Of a stretch of 64,000 bases of DNA, positions 28,701 to 43,700 are shown piece by piece. The number at the start of each line of letters is the position of its first letter. The first letter of the stretch is position 1. The notes beneath the pieces were generated by a model. That model had not been told where the DNA came from. It was given only the letters and a program-made list of their open reading frames with translations, and searched no databases. The stretch lies in assembly GCA_002633005.1 (NCBI GenBank), contig NMRA01000246.1, positions 487,856 through 551,855 on the forward strand, read 5' to 3'. A program made the position numbers and the translations under genes. The stretch is from Phoronis australis (Eukaryota; Animalia; Phoronida).

Positions 28701-31700
28701 ACTAAAATTGCCACTAGAGGCAAATACTAAAATTGCCACTAGAGGAATACCGGTAGTCAGAATCATCCTAAAGTCGTCATCGTCCGTTGTCAACATCACA
28801 TAAATACACTTGCTAATTTTAGTAAAGATCCTGCAAACGGTTTGGGAGATACAGCCATAGGCGCAAAAAAAAAAAAAACTACCAGTAGGAGGCGCCACAG
28901 TAGTCCAAATCGTCTGAAAATCATTGTCAGCTGTCTTCCTTATAGTAAGCACATACACGCCAATTTTCACAATCATCCTTTGAGCGGTTTGGTTGATAGA
29001 GGGGTGGACGCAAAAATACAGACTCGAAAACAGTAAAAATGGCCACTAGGTGGCGCAAACTACGTCGAATCCATCTGAAAACAGTAGGATAGCGTCATCT
29101 CACTAATAGGTGCCTACATACCAAATTTCATGAAAATCCGTTCAGGACTTTTGAAGATACAAAGGTAAGCGTAAAAAACTAAAATTGCCACTAGGGGGCA
29201 CACCGGTAGTCGGATCCGTCCGAAAGTTCGCACATGCCGTCCCATTCATGAATGGAACATATGTGCCAAATTTCATGAACGTATGTCAAAGGGTTTTGGA
29301 GATAGAGCAGCGGACGCCGGACGCCGGTCACCTGACGCCGGACGCCGCCCGGACAGACAGACGGACGGAGATGACGGCATAATGCGTCCACATATAAATA
29401 TGTGGGCGCATAAAAATGGTCTTAAAGACCAATTTATGCTTCAAAAGTAAAGAAACCTGAAGACAGATATTATTTGCTTCCTGCTGATATATTGTGAACT
29501 GCAACAAGAGCCGGGCTCTGCTTTATGAAACTATATCAGTCTTAACTTAGATCAAAATAACAACGCTGTCATTTCATGACGTCATTTTGCACTTGCTGAA
29601 CGATGCTGCAGACGTCATGCCAACAATCAAACTTTGAGACTTACACTTTCACGAAACAGAGCCCTGATAACAGAACCTAACTGAAGATGCATTGCATTGT
29701 TTACTGAGAATGTACAGCTATGAAGAACATAACAATGCACCTGGTAGCAAAGATTGGTTAAGACTTGTCAGGATATAGGATCAGAGTTAGTTATCATAAC
29801 ATAATCACTTTCTAAGCAACATGTTTCTGTCACGGTGATGGCTTTTGCTAAACAGTTCATTCACTGGTCAATGTAACTGAGCAAACACTCGTCACAAATA
29901 TTAAAATCAACTGCATACAGTACACATTTTTAAAAGTTGGTTCATTATCACCAAATTCCAATGAAGGACTAACAATAAAGTTAACATTTATCCGGTCAAA
30001 ATAAAAAACTCTGACAAGTGAATGAGAAATTGATTTGTTTCCTGACACTTACTTTCTTTATGTTTTTCTTTCTTTTCAACCTCTTCGTGATCATCAACAG
30101 AATCCTCACTGTCAGATACAGCCTTCTTTTTAACTGGAACATCATCGAACAAACCTCCCTGAAATAAATTTTTCATTAGAAATGTAATCGGTTTTAATGA
30201 ATTTCTACACATTACACTACATAGCGATTTATTCAAAGAGTCAGAAAACATTATTCTACAACGACCTAAAATGAATTTGTCATGTCAGTCAAATAATATT
30301 AATTGTAAATCATCTTGAGATACATTAGAATACTTACTGAAGGTTCGTCATCATCAAACAGGCCCCCACCACCAGAGAATAGACCGCCCTTAGCACCAAA
30401 TGGTGAATCATCATCTTCATCAGGTGGTGGACCAAACAAGTCATCACTGGTTGAGGCCGCTGGAAAGAATCAGCCAAATATTTCTGAATTATTGTTTTTC
30501 TTACAAAATAGGTGAAACTACATTAACAGGAAATTCACAGTCATGCAGTTGTTTTAACAACGTATTAAGAGATCATGATCGTGGTACAGCTGAATGATCG
30601 CCAGGATCCTTTATGCCTCAATTTTGTGGTTCAATATCAGCCTTATTCACCTGAGTCTGAAAAATATTTAAAATTCACCTTAATCAGTAGATCCAACCAT
30701 ACCAAAACAAACACATGTGGGCAAACTGAAGTTGAAATGAAATGTCACCTCAAAGTGAAAAATCATCAAACCTTTCTTGGATTCCCGTTTACTTTTGCTT
30801 TTGCTTTTTGACTTTTTCTCTTTTTTGCTGGCATTAGAGACAATGGAGGCTGTGCGACTCCGTTCTTTTGACTCTAGAAGCAATTCAAGAAAAGCGTCAA
30901 TAATTAAATAAAACTATACTACAGACACAAAGAATGATAACACATAGTCTAACCACACTTACTGTAAATGGAAATTCAAAAACAAAAAGAGAGCAGTCGC
31001 TGCATTGAATAAGCTGTTGACCACTGCTCATGCGGTAGTCACCATTTCCGAAAAATTAGTGCAAACGCTCCACTTTAATGAGCGACCACACATTTTGACA
31101 TATTTGTAACTATTCAGAAATGATTGTTCATTGATCCAGAGTAGTGTAAATACTAGAAGTCACAACTAACTGGGTTTTGGTTCCTCTTCCCAATCATCGT
31201 CGTCGCCACGGTCGTCTTCATCTGAGCTTCTCCGTCCCTGTGGCACTACCCCAATCTTGGCAGCCAATTCAGATGCAAACCCACCAGGACCACCACTTGT
31301 GGACTTCTATAATAACAATCATATGACAATTTGCTTAAATCAAATCAACAATTAAATGACAGTATCAAAAGTGCCCCGTATGAACACCACGTACCAAATT
31401 TTGACATATGACCACACTCTTATCGAACAATATTTACCATGCAGCGACAAATGACCATACTGCCACCAAACACCATGCCACAAGACTGACATCAAATGCT
31501 ACTTACCCCACTGTATATATGGCCACACTGACATCAAAAGTCATTTACTATACTTTGACACAAGGCCAAATTGGCATCAAACAATATTTGGTATAGATGA
31601 TCATAACTTGAGGGAACTCAAGACAAGTGTCTACTCTGTACACGAATACAATATGGTATACTTGAATAATTGTCTAATACTATTTTGCACTTGATGACTA

Positions 31701-34700
31701 GTGTATGTATCTCACCTCCAGGGATTATCAAGTACAAACTTGGACTAGAACCTCATCTGCGTGAATCGTAATATACTCAAGCACAGAAATAGATTCTTAT
31801 CCTGAGATTGCAAAAAGTAGAAGGGAAAATAAGAACAATAATTTTGATTTTGATTTCGAGTTTAGAGATTAAGAACCCCGGTTAAATATGCCTTCTATTG
31901 AAGTTTACATTCTCACGATATTGATTTCAAGCATTATGAAATGAATAGCTGTACAGGACATAACTGACAACTACAGATCTGAAATGAAATTTAGCACATC
32001 AATCTTAGAAATCGATGTCCCTGACCTTGGCTTGCTCGTCTTCTTCATCAGTGGATTCTTCGCTCTCCTTCTCTGATCCAAACAAATCCCCTTCTTCACT
32101 GTCACTCTGCCAATAACAACAAGGAATATAATTCCCATGACATCTACTGAATATTTTACAGGAAACATACTTTAACACAGACTAGTATAATAACACTCTG
32201 GTGTCTTTTTCATGAAACTAAGCGTTAAGACAGCAATTGGGTCTTGTGCTCCCGCTCCAAAATTACTGACAAAAGTTATAGCCAAGTAATTATGAGTGCT
32301 TCACAGTCTAGAAATAATTTGAAGAAATTATTTACTAGGTAACTAGCAGTTTGTTGTTGAAGTGAAATTTAATTACTTTTCAGAAATAGTTCTGTGGAGT
32401 GTATGACCAAATTTCTGACTTCGGTCTTAAGTCACGTCTCATGAAACAGACCAAGCATCTGTTAACTGGTGTCAATTCTGCTCTGATGATTTTAACTTCG
32501 ATGCAACGTTATTGGTAATAAATTAATGAAAACCTACAGGCCTAGTAAATTGTGCTAATTCGTTTTTAACATACTTCTGACATTAACAATTATTTGGCAC
32601 TTACATCTACAGCCTTCTTAATAGACTTTCTTGGTTTCTTCTCAGTGTCAGAATCCTCTTCAGATTCAGACTCTGTTCCAGTTTCTGAGGACTGTCATAC
32701 GGAAAAGACCACAACGGAGAAATTATTGAAAATGTGTTTCACAGTGGATAGTACATCATGACAACTACTGGTCATCTTGTAGTAAATACTTGCAAGACTG
32801 CTGTGAGTGTCAGATATATACAATGCATTAAGACAGTGAAACAAGTTCATACTGGCATGAACAGTTCAATAAATTAAAAATGCAACTGGCTAATTGCTAT
32901 TAGAAAGGAAACGATCAAACACTTGGTGATCAGATACACAAAGTATAATGCTCGCAGAATGAGACTTCATATTGATTTTTGCGAATTTAAGGGTAAAACA
33001 CTCATGTAAGTATTAGGATAAAATAAATAAAATAATGCCTGAAATTATTGTGAACAACTTCTTAGCATCTATGACATCTAAACAATCTAGTAATCTTCAA
33101 AATATTAGACCTCGACTGAACTGTCAAACTGTATCAAACTATGACACAAGTTCTTGCCCGGATTATTTGACAATTTCGTCAAACTTTTGTCACAATAAAC
33201 AAGGCATTTTTGCCGAGACGCTACTGCATCTAGATGTCATTACTTTATCTGTGAATGGCCTTCTACAGTAACTTGATCCAATTTTGACAGATTGCGTCTG
33301 ACTCAAGACACACTTAGTCAGCCTTGAAACAGACTTTGCATGAAAAGAAAATGCCTTATATGGTAATGTGCATCAAAAGTTTGGCAAATTTTGACATTGT
33401 CCATCTAATTTTGACAACTACTGTAAACACAGATTAGCAGTGGGGTCTTAAATAAGATGTGTGCAGCATGCTTGAATTAGGCCATTCAGTAACAAGTTGA
33501 TTACCAGCACATAATTAGGGCTGTTCTTGGACTGAAGCACTGCTTCATAAATTGACTAAATCTTGAAGGCAAGCATCAGTCACTCACCTCTGACATATCA
33601 CCATCTTTGACTTTTGACTTTTTCTCTATTTCACCTTCACTCTCACTCTCTGACTCGCTGATACTACCATGGTCAGACACTTCTTCTTCTTCTAAATCAA
33701 CAAAATTTGCAAGAAAATCATCTAAAGTTGACTCTGAGGGTTTTACAGGCTCCCAAAAGATAATTGGCTATGAGCTATGTACATTCCGTTATAATTTCTA
33801 GAAGAAATGAAGGCACAACAACTTAGTCTTGAAAATTCAAACTTTTAAATTTACAGGTTCTACAATTAGAATTTAACAGCTGAACGGGGAAAACACCGCT
33901 TTGATAGTGAAAACAAATACAATGTGCAAACTCTACTGTTCCTGGTTATCATCATTTTCTATCCAACTCTACTCCTATTACCACCATATTCACATTCCCC
34001 CCCCACTCTTGCTGACTTTGCCTACCCCCAGTCATGATTCTCTTCCCATACCACAGTTCTGCATCCCTAGTCACTCACCGGAAGAGACCTCGGCTAGTCC
34101 AACGTCATCATGCTGCATGAACTGTGCAGTGCCTATAATGAAGGGCAGCGGGCGATTCAAGTACGGGTCCTGAAATGTAAAATGAAGTTGATGAGACTCT
34201 TGAGTATTCTCAGGCTTAACATGCTCATTGCTGAGATTTTAGGCACGTTAACTTAAAGTTTGTAAATGTTCAGAATGTGAGCAAAAAGCTATCAAGGATT
34301 TTTGGTATAACAACATGAAGTTTCAAATCTTCAAACAATGAGTACACGCAACAGCTTATTAGTCACTTATTCTTACTGAACATAAACAAGAATTTGAATT
34401 TAAGGCCTCAAAAGTGTAGCATGTTATATCAATATAGGACCCACCCGATGAAAACTGTAGAGCTGGGCCATCCATTTTAATCTAGAGACCCCCACTCCAG
34501 CATTTATGTGGAGACATCCATAATATAAAAGGCCCTAGTTTTGGGGCACTAAATTCAATTTCTGCCCTAGGTCATTTTAATAAGAATAAGTCATTTTAAA
34601 TATAAGAATGTTTTCAAAAAAGTACACCAAAAAAGTATGGAAATTGTACTTTCTTAAAGTAATAGTAAGTAGTTCCACTGCACATTTACTTTTACAGAAC

Positions 34701-37700
34701 AAATATGTACAAAAAAGAAGATTAGAGTCCTACAATGCATTGGTGCAGATAATATTGAATTGAAATGACTGTCTTACAAATTTTCATATACAGGCCAAAC
34801 TTCACGAGAATGTCCAAATATATGCTCACTGACATATTAAAGTGAAAACATGAACGATTTCAAAGCATAACGCCATCTCTTGATCTATGCACGAGCCAGT
34901 CAACTCACAAAAAAGACTCTACTGCTAAAGACGTGCAGAACTGTCACAAATCACTGACCACAAACCATTGAAAAACATCCACAGCAGCACCACAATTCAA
35001 ACGGTTACATTTGTATCATGTAATACATGAAATAAAAAGGCCGTTAAGGGGCGTGGAATAAGTCATATCCATCTGAAATGCCACAAGTACTGTCATCTCC
35101 TTGCCTGAAACTTATTTAATATCAAATTTCCATCAACGAACTTGGTAGAGCCATACCCATAATGAACGAAATTGCCGCTAGGGGAATCTAGAGTAGGGGA
35201 AATCTATGTCAGGTGAACTCTCCACAACTGAAAAAAGAACCATCTAGGAACTTGTTAGATATTGAGGCACGCACAAAAACAAAACTGTCACTAGAGGGTG
35301 CCACAATAGTTGGACCAGGTCTGAAAATCAGCACCCGCTGCGGTTTTCTCAGCAGAAAAACACCTCACAATTTTCATAATGATCCTTGTAGCACTTCGGG
35401 CAGATAGAGGTGGAAATAATAAAAATGGTGAAGGGGGAGGCATACAATATTAAATCTATCTGAAAATGGAAATACAGCTTGCCAAATTGGTGACATACCT
35501 TAGCTTCCAAAATTGGGTCAACATTATAAGTCACGTCCTCATCTTCAGAGTCCGAGTTGGCCACGTCTACATCCAGCTTCTCAAAGGCAGTGTCAACAAC
35601 CTCCAGGCCATACTTTATGGCTTCGCACATCTTTGGAATCAGTTCGGATTCTCGCTGTTCACGGGTTTTTTCCTTTGAAATATAGAAAGTGGTCATCAAA
35701 AAACTTAGTTAACTCTGACTGATGTAGCTGCCACAAAAAAATAACTTCTAAGCCTGAGTCTGGCACATCCACTACGAATACCACCATGTATGCTAAGGAA
35801 GTGCCAAGTTGTAATTTTACATTCTTTTGTTGTGCAACTCTTATTACTCCGAAGACCTAACGCTTTAAAACTTGGAGTGTCTACAGGCTAAGTCAGAAAC
35901 ACTCATATTAATTTTAACATTCATTGCTGCATTTGAGTGCTTGTGAGTTCTCTAATTTTTCTTCCCTGATGAAAAACTGGGACAAATCTCAACAAGGAAG
36001 GGGTGTGTTCCTAAAGAACTGATAAGAAACTCCACCAAGGGCCTTAAGAACAAGCTCACAGCCATTTAAATGTTTTAACCTCTAAGAACCGATGAGCACA
36101 GATACAACAGAATGACATCAAATAATTTGTAGGTCAACAAGGCATGCAAAACTAGCAGTCTACTGGAAATTAGTTCACAATACATCCAAATTTCATCCAC
36201 ATTTTCAAAATTCAAATTATTACAAAACACGTTTGTCGTATTAGGAACTGGTTTTGGAATGAAACTTTTTTAGGTCAAACTTGGTATATGAAAAGATTGA
36301 CTGAGTCAAAGTCCAAGTTTAAGGACAGTTTCAAGTACTAAACAAAAAATCGCTTCTTACCAAGTCCACAAACAGTTTAACAGCAAAGTGGACTCAATCA
36401 AGTTCCTAATAGGTTTTTGTACTGAAGGCAAGTTCCACATTTCAGTCATAATGTAGAATGGACCCACAACCTCAGTGGTGGCGGTCCAATGCTCTGATGG
36501 CATACCTGCCCTCAACCTCATACATGAACACTGAGGTACTTAATAAGTGTATTCAATTGGTGTAATCACCGCTCTTGATGACTTGCAGACAACGACCAGA
36601 AGTGGCAATTTATAACAGAATATTCAACAAAAAAAATAGGGGTTTTGGTGTTTAAAAGCTCTGGTCAAAGCTAATAACTTCAAGAAGACTATTCCATCTA
36701 ACAATAATACCAAAATCAAGTTTTTGGCAATAAAAATAATGGTATTACTTTAAATCCAAAAAGAAAGTGCCCACATCGACAGACTCTAAGAACTGGGTCA
36801 ACAACAGCTTCGGCAAAATCTTTAATATTTGCTTTATCTAAAACACAGAGAATTTATTGCACTAATTTTACAAATCGAGGACAACAAATTTTGAGAGGGG
36901 AGACCTAAAGAGCACCTTCACATGCCATGTAATACAAGCATCCTACAAACACCAGAACATCATAAAAGGTAGACTTCGGAAGCCAAACATAATGCAAGGA
37001 CACACTGTGAAATCTGGTCATCAAATAGCTGTGACTTACTGAAAGCTCAACTCAGTAACCACCCAACTCCTTCTCACTATCAGTATCTTTCAAGGAATTA
37101 TCCAATCAGTCCTGTATTGTGTGAATGATACAGCATTCTTCCTGATATGGCTATCAAAGTGATGTCAACTAGTAAGATTTAGATAGGATGTGAACATCTA
37201 GGATCAATTGTTTTTCATGTATTTGCCATTAAAAAGTGCTTTCAAATCATTGCCTTTTGTTAAGTGGGCAACAGTCATTCATAGTCGACTCAGTTTTGGA
37301 AAAGTGTTAGATGCGTGTTATTAGGTGGAGAAAACTAGTTCTCAAAATGTAGGACTTCATCTGGAACATTTTGTCTAAACCTTAGCTGAATTGTCGTGGG
37401 AATCTAGCAATTTAGGCAGGATACAATGTGCACACAAAGCAATCGGACAGAACTGCAAAATGAAATAGTAAATTTTTGTAAGGGTTATGGACACTTGGAG
37501 AGTAAATTCTATGCAGATTAACGTCAAGCATGGAATGTGAATATTATTATTATCATTATCACTATTCAATCAAATAATTACTATGGCAGCACCGCAACAA
37601 TTAACTGTAATGAACAAATTAAGTTTGAAAATGTTTACCATCCTGCATTCAGTGCATGACCTCTGCTAAAGGTCAAAAGTTATTGAAACAATATACTGGA

Positions 37701-40700
37701 AGCAGCATACTTCCTTGTTGGAAAGTTAAAATTTAGCAAGCTAATTCTCTGAATTCTCACAAAAAACTGCATGTTCGCTGAAATATAGCATTCAGTAAAC
37801 AATTGCAGCAGACAAATGAAATCAGTGAAACTGGGAAGTCTTTAAAGAGGCACTTAACCTATGTCGTCCGTCAAAAAACAAATATTTCATTAAGACCACA
37901 TACTGCCCAGTCTCATCTTTACTCACATTAAAATGATCTCAAGACTTGAGGCCTGGCCCATACATTTGCCTATCACAGCAGGTTTATTTCAGATGCCAAG
38001 GTGGTGTGGATGTCTGCTGTGGCCAATTCTAGATTACTGAATGTAACCAATTTCTCAATTCTAACCAAGGATACAAATGCAACTAAGTATATTTGGATTG
38101 AGTAAATACACCAGTGAACATTGCCTTTAAAACAAGAACATGGTTCATAGCGCAATAAAACATGAACACAATAATTACACTACCTGTTGATCTGGCTTTT
38201 TCTCTTCCTCTTTGGCTTCTGTGTTTACATCCTCGTCGTACACTCTCTAGAATGGTAAAGCACTGCTTGCATCAAACGTCAGATGCTCTAGCTGGATGTA
38301 AATACAGGGTATGTCAAAAAATCCTGACAATATTGTGCTTTTGGTATAGCTCTATTGGAATTTTATCTTCTCAGTCACTTTTTTCTGGTCTAGTTTTTCT
38401 AACTCAAAATCTACAACATCAGAACTTTGACACTGTCCCCCTTCATGCCAGAATGGGCGAGTCAGTTAATTAATATGCTGCAGATTAATTCCCTACGCAA
38501 TAGACGGTACAAGTCAATAACGACACAAGAGGGTCTTTTGCAGTTGTCGTGGTTAGGATGATGTAGGACCCTTGAAAAATGACCACATTTGTGTTACTTT
38601 CAACCACCAAAATCACAGAAATGTCTGTTCGCATTCATATGCAAAATTCAGATATCATGTTTTAAGCACTTTACGAAATTGCTTTTAGAATGTCCATTTT
38701 CACATGAGGTGTTATTAGTAAATGATACTTGTATCATTATCATGCCAAAAGGCAAAAGTTGCATAAAACAAAAACGAAAATTTGGAAAAATGTAGCATTT
38801 TTGAGCTTGCATCTTTAACATTTAGTACTGTTTTTTTTCACCAATGAACCTTTATGTTTTGCTAAACTTAACTAAAAATGCATAGCCATGTGACCCAACC
38901 AATGAAAGATTCGTAAAAAGTAAAAAATTAAATTCTACAGGCATTCTAAAATTTCAGGAAATATAATACTCATACTGAATCTATAGTTTGTAAATATCTG
39001 ATTATATACACAGACTACTAAGGCAAGGTCCTAGATAACCTTAACAGAGCAAGAATGGCACATCTCAACATGATGTGAAGACCAGTAGTGGAAAACAAAT
39101 AATAACTGACAGAATCTAACAGTACATTCCCAAAAATAAGCAGACGAAATGACGCACAATTATTTGTCATGACGGCTGAGCACAGGTCCAGAGTGGATAT
39201 AAGGTCACTCGAAGTATTTGAAGTTGCAATTTGCTAGTTGGCACAATCTGCATTGAGCTACTGGGTTTTAAAACAAAGTTCTTTGTACTCACGTTTTCTA
39301 CAAACTGTGTATTGGCAAGGTGAATGAATTCATTGAACACATTGTGCACACGCACGTCTGTTGCCTTTAAGTCACCCACCAGACCATCAACTTCTTGGCC
39401 CGTTTCATGAGTACGTGCAATCATCCGCTTTGAAAACTGTTCAAGGTACAGGAGCAGCTAAAACCAAAGATTTTGCATATTCTACAACAAAGCGGAGTCC
39501 AGACACTGCTGCACATTTGAAAAAACAAAATGAAATAGTCCAGATTCAGGAATCTTGTGGCAACATAGAGATGTGAAGAAAATCAGGGGATTCGAAAATT
39601 AGAATTGCAATGTTAACGTTTGCAAATCAGATACGAAAGATATTTTGTCTTTTTGAAAAGTGTTGCATTAGTGATCATAGATTAAAATAGAGAAAAAATC
39701 TTCGTTGTAGTTCATTACTCACAAAAATGACAATGTACATGTGCCATCAAAATTGTCAGGCTTCACCACAGAGAAGGTAAAGAAAATTAGCTAAAAAAGT
39801 AAAAGAATTCTCATTAAAAGTGCGTGATATGTACTCTCTGATGAAAAGATCCATCACAATTATATTGCTGTTTTGCACTAAAGGTTTTTTAAATCACCTT
39901 TTAGCCATTTGTGAAATATACCATCAAGAAATCAAAGTGTTTCATACCCCTGCATCACCCGCCAAAGACCACCTGTGAGCACCTTTTCTCATCTCATCTA
40001 ATGTCCACGGTCTTTCCCATACCTTTTGTTCAGGCTCTAATTGACTTTGCTCTGCTGGGGGACTGGTAGGACCATTTGCCTGGATTGGACAGGTAGAATT
40101 TACTAGAAACTTACCACAACTGAATTCTGTGATTTTTTTCAACCAGTAGTACTATAAATACATGAGTTCTGCAATAAAATAGTTACATATGAGTAGCTGT
40201 TAAAGGAGAATGCCACCCGATTTAATTAGTCTTTTTTGCCGTCTTAATCAGTCTATATCCACATTGCCTCGCATACGGTCGACCTTACCTTGCCAAGAGG
40301 TGTCGCATTAACCTGTGAAGAAGGTGAGAAACGACGCTAGTGACGTCAGTGGTTCATATGCAGAGTGATTGCCGCTAGTTTGCGGTGCATCGTTCCCGCA
40401 TGTCCGAACTAAGCAGCTGCGAGGAAAGCGGGTATATCGTTTTTTTTTACTTCCTCGAGAGTCCAAAATGTTTAGGAAGTGGCTCATGGTAGTGAAGAAT
40501 GAAATGTACACTGTAAATAGCAAGTATGAGGCCGTGAAACATCTCCGTGTCTGTGGCCTGCAGACGTCGACAGTAGCGGATGCCGGCTTACCAAATAACT
40601 CCATACGTTCCGTTGTCTGCGCTTGTTCACGGCGCCTCTCTAGTATTTCTTCATCACTGTATTCCTGTTCGAATTGATAGCCTGTAAAACTTAACTATCC

Positions 40701-43700
40701 ACCTTCGATGTCAGGACTGATGAGCTCTAGCTCGTCCTAAGTCGGGATTGCGAGTTGCCATGTTGGCGTTTATTACTGAGCGTTCTGTTTCAAAATGAAT
40801 TATTCTCACCCTAACCAATACTTATATAAAACTGAAACATAGTCTGTCTCATTAGATGCAATTTGTAATGCCTTTGGGGTGTTCGTGAGCGCAAATGATT
40901 TGAGAAGCCAGCAATGAATAAATCACTGCGTTACCGGCTTTATGTGCAATAAAACTAATTGACGGGAAACCGAGGCCGTACCGTGTGAGCTCATGATAAT
41001 TTAGTGTTTGTTGGCAGAAACTGTTGTGAAACAACTCAATTTTCATCTCACGGCCAGGTGTTAGGGGAATCTTTATTTACATTTACATTACTCAAATAAT
41101 GATTGTCAATGTACAACTTCTGCCCTGACGGTACTGTGGCCAAAGCGGAACCTGAATTTGCGCGCCCCGACGAGTAAGTAGATTTGCAGTTTCGTAGCTA
41201 ATTCGCCAACATAATCACGTGCACATTATTTTGGCTCACTAGTATAGTATTTTCTTGAATGGAAGTTTAGTTTCCACTGAACTTTGGCTGGTTTATGTTC
41301 GTAATGTCTGATCAGTTTCCGAGCCACTCATTGGCTGGGATAACGAGTAAATCCAGCCGGCTGCGACGGGCCTGATCAGGTTCCGAGCCACTGACCAGGA
41401 AAACAAGCGTTTTGTGTTTAGAACTCAAAAAATCACAAGTCTAAACAACACAGATCTAGGTTCTCCTGTCTGTATCTCACGGAAAATGCTTCGAAATTAT
41501 CTCTGAACAGACCCCAAACTCCTGCTACGGACCTTATATTGGCCTGCCAACCTTTGAATGCTACGGTGTGTCCAAATACGAATAAATCCGTAAGAGCGAA
41601 ATAAAACAATACGTTTTCATAAGGATTTTTTAAGGATTTTACATCGAAGTTTGATGATTTATTGGTGTTAAACGATGACTTCAAGCGATAACCTGACACC
41701 AGTAACCCGTGTTGTGAACTGCTGAACAGACTGCGCGTGAAACCGATGACGTCATTGGATAATTTCAACACCTCCGTCTGCCGTCAGGTGTCAGGTAACG
41801 CAACCGTACGTGTCATTATGGAGTAGAGCTACTCGATCTAAATTGACACAAATTAGGTTGTTTTTTGGGTGGCATGCTCCCTTAAGGTGTGCATATGATA
41901 CATTGCCTACCAACTGCCTTACCTCAGCGTTGATGCCATATGATACCCTGCCCATAACCCACCATACTTTTCCGTATGACCCCGAGTCTACTGAAACCAA
42001 TTTTTCTTAAGAATCGTGAAAATTTCAGTATGGGGACAAAGGGATCATGAGTTCATGATCCCTTATTGAAATTTCATGATTTTTGCGAATAGAAGTGAGT
42101 GTACACAATTTCAAAAATTGCGTTTTCTACCCACAATGCGTTACATGGATGCAAAAACAAAATAATTGCATCTTTAAGTCTATTATGATTTCAAATTACC
42201 ATGCTAAGTGTCCCGTGGCAGTTACTAAGTGTCCCGTGGCAGTTACTAAGTGCCCCATGGCAGTTACTAAGTGTCCCGTGGCAGTTACTAAGTGTCCCGT
42301 GGCAGTTACTAAGTGTCCCGTGGCAGTTACTAAGTGTCACGTGGCAGATTACTGCAATATATTTAAACCGTTTTTCCATCTGTGTAATTAAGTATGCAAC
42401 ACATTCATCAGATGCTGTAGAGGACCTATCCCAGGGGGCCCAAGCAGCATCCAACAGAGTGTCACATGACTTCCTCCGAGTTCCTTAGGAGAGCACAAGT
42501 GTCCCTATAGTATTCCTTACGAACCATAGTCGATGTCTGTTCGACAACTAACATGTGCCCTGCTGGGTACAAGGATTAAAAACAACGCCCAGGATGTCAA
42601 AAGTTCCCTACATACACCAGAGCATGATCAGTACCCTTATCACAGGGAATATGGCATCACCAGTGGTGACACTGGGAACCCACGTGACTTGTAACAGATT
42701 TCATTCATGGCAGTGGAATTAAGGTAGTGGAAGGTCCTACATAAAACATTTGAAAAAGATCGAGATAAGATCTTTCTAACACTGTGATCTCGAACCAACA
42801 CTTTTGAACAAAACTGCCACTTGTTCCCATGACCACCAAACTTTACCCAAGTCTTGATTTGAAACTTGGCCAATCACACGCGAGGCAAACATAGCCCCTC
42901 GCCCAGCTGGAGAGAGGCTACAGTCCCCATCAGCCCTGTGCTAATTTCACCTCCTGTATTTTAAATGGGTGGCAGCCCAAATCCAGTCACCAAACATGTA
43001 AGAGGTTTTCACCTCATCAAAAATACATTTTGTACTTATAATTTCCACATAAAAAAGCACTTAATATCTTTAGCTTCTGATTCTATGCATATCTTCGATG
43101 AAGCATATTTACAGGAATTAAGATGAGCTTGACAGAGAACTTTATTGGTCGCCATAATCTGTTTCACTGCACACAATAACGACACACGAGACATAAAAAC
43201 ACGAGACTGAGAGGATCGCGTGACCTGGAGACAGACACTTGCAAAAAGCAGGATGTGAAGATATCCAGAGGAATAATGTAAGATTTGTGTCCCTTGGACT
43301 TTTTGCTTTTGAACAGGAATAATTTCAGTGAACTTCCTCAAAATGGCACCAGGCGAGGGACTCATGAGTGAACTTTAACAAATTTTCATGGTTGCATTCA
43401 AGCTGTATTGACTAAATTGTCTCCATAGTCATGGGATGAGCTCTAATACATGCTTCATTAAATGTTATCCACTAGAGTTTGAAATGAATATCTTTTTATG
43501 GAGGTATGCTGTCATCTGTGGATACCTGCAGCATCTCCCAGCAATTTATTGCCTAATCACATGTATGACATAGGAAAAATTACACAAAGCGTTGCACAAG
43601 AATACTCAACTTTCGAGTCGAGTCTCGAGTAGAGTTAGACAGTGACCACCGTCTCTAGCTGGCCCCAGTAGAGATGGTGAAGGAGCTTCTTGCGCCGGAA

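Noticed and set aside
40713-40761. ATG at 40761 as the WASHC2 start
   Set aside because: In-frame TGA after 16 codons, no suitable donor, and it lies inside the transposon remnant; 46231 fits better.
42083-42488. ORFs with periodic peptides (KCPVAVT, LSVPWQL, HGTLSNC)
   Set aside because: All are translations of the 21-bp minisatellite in different frames.
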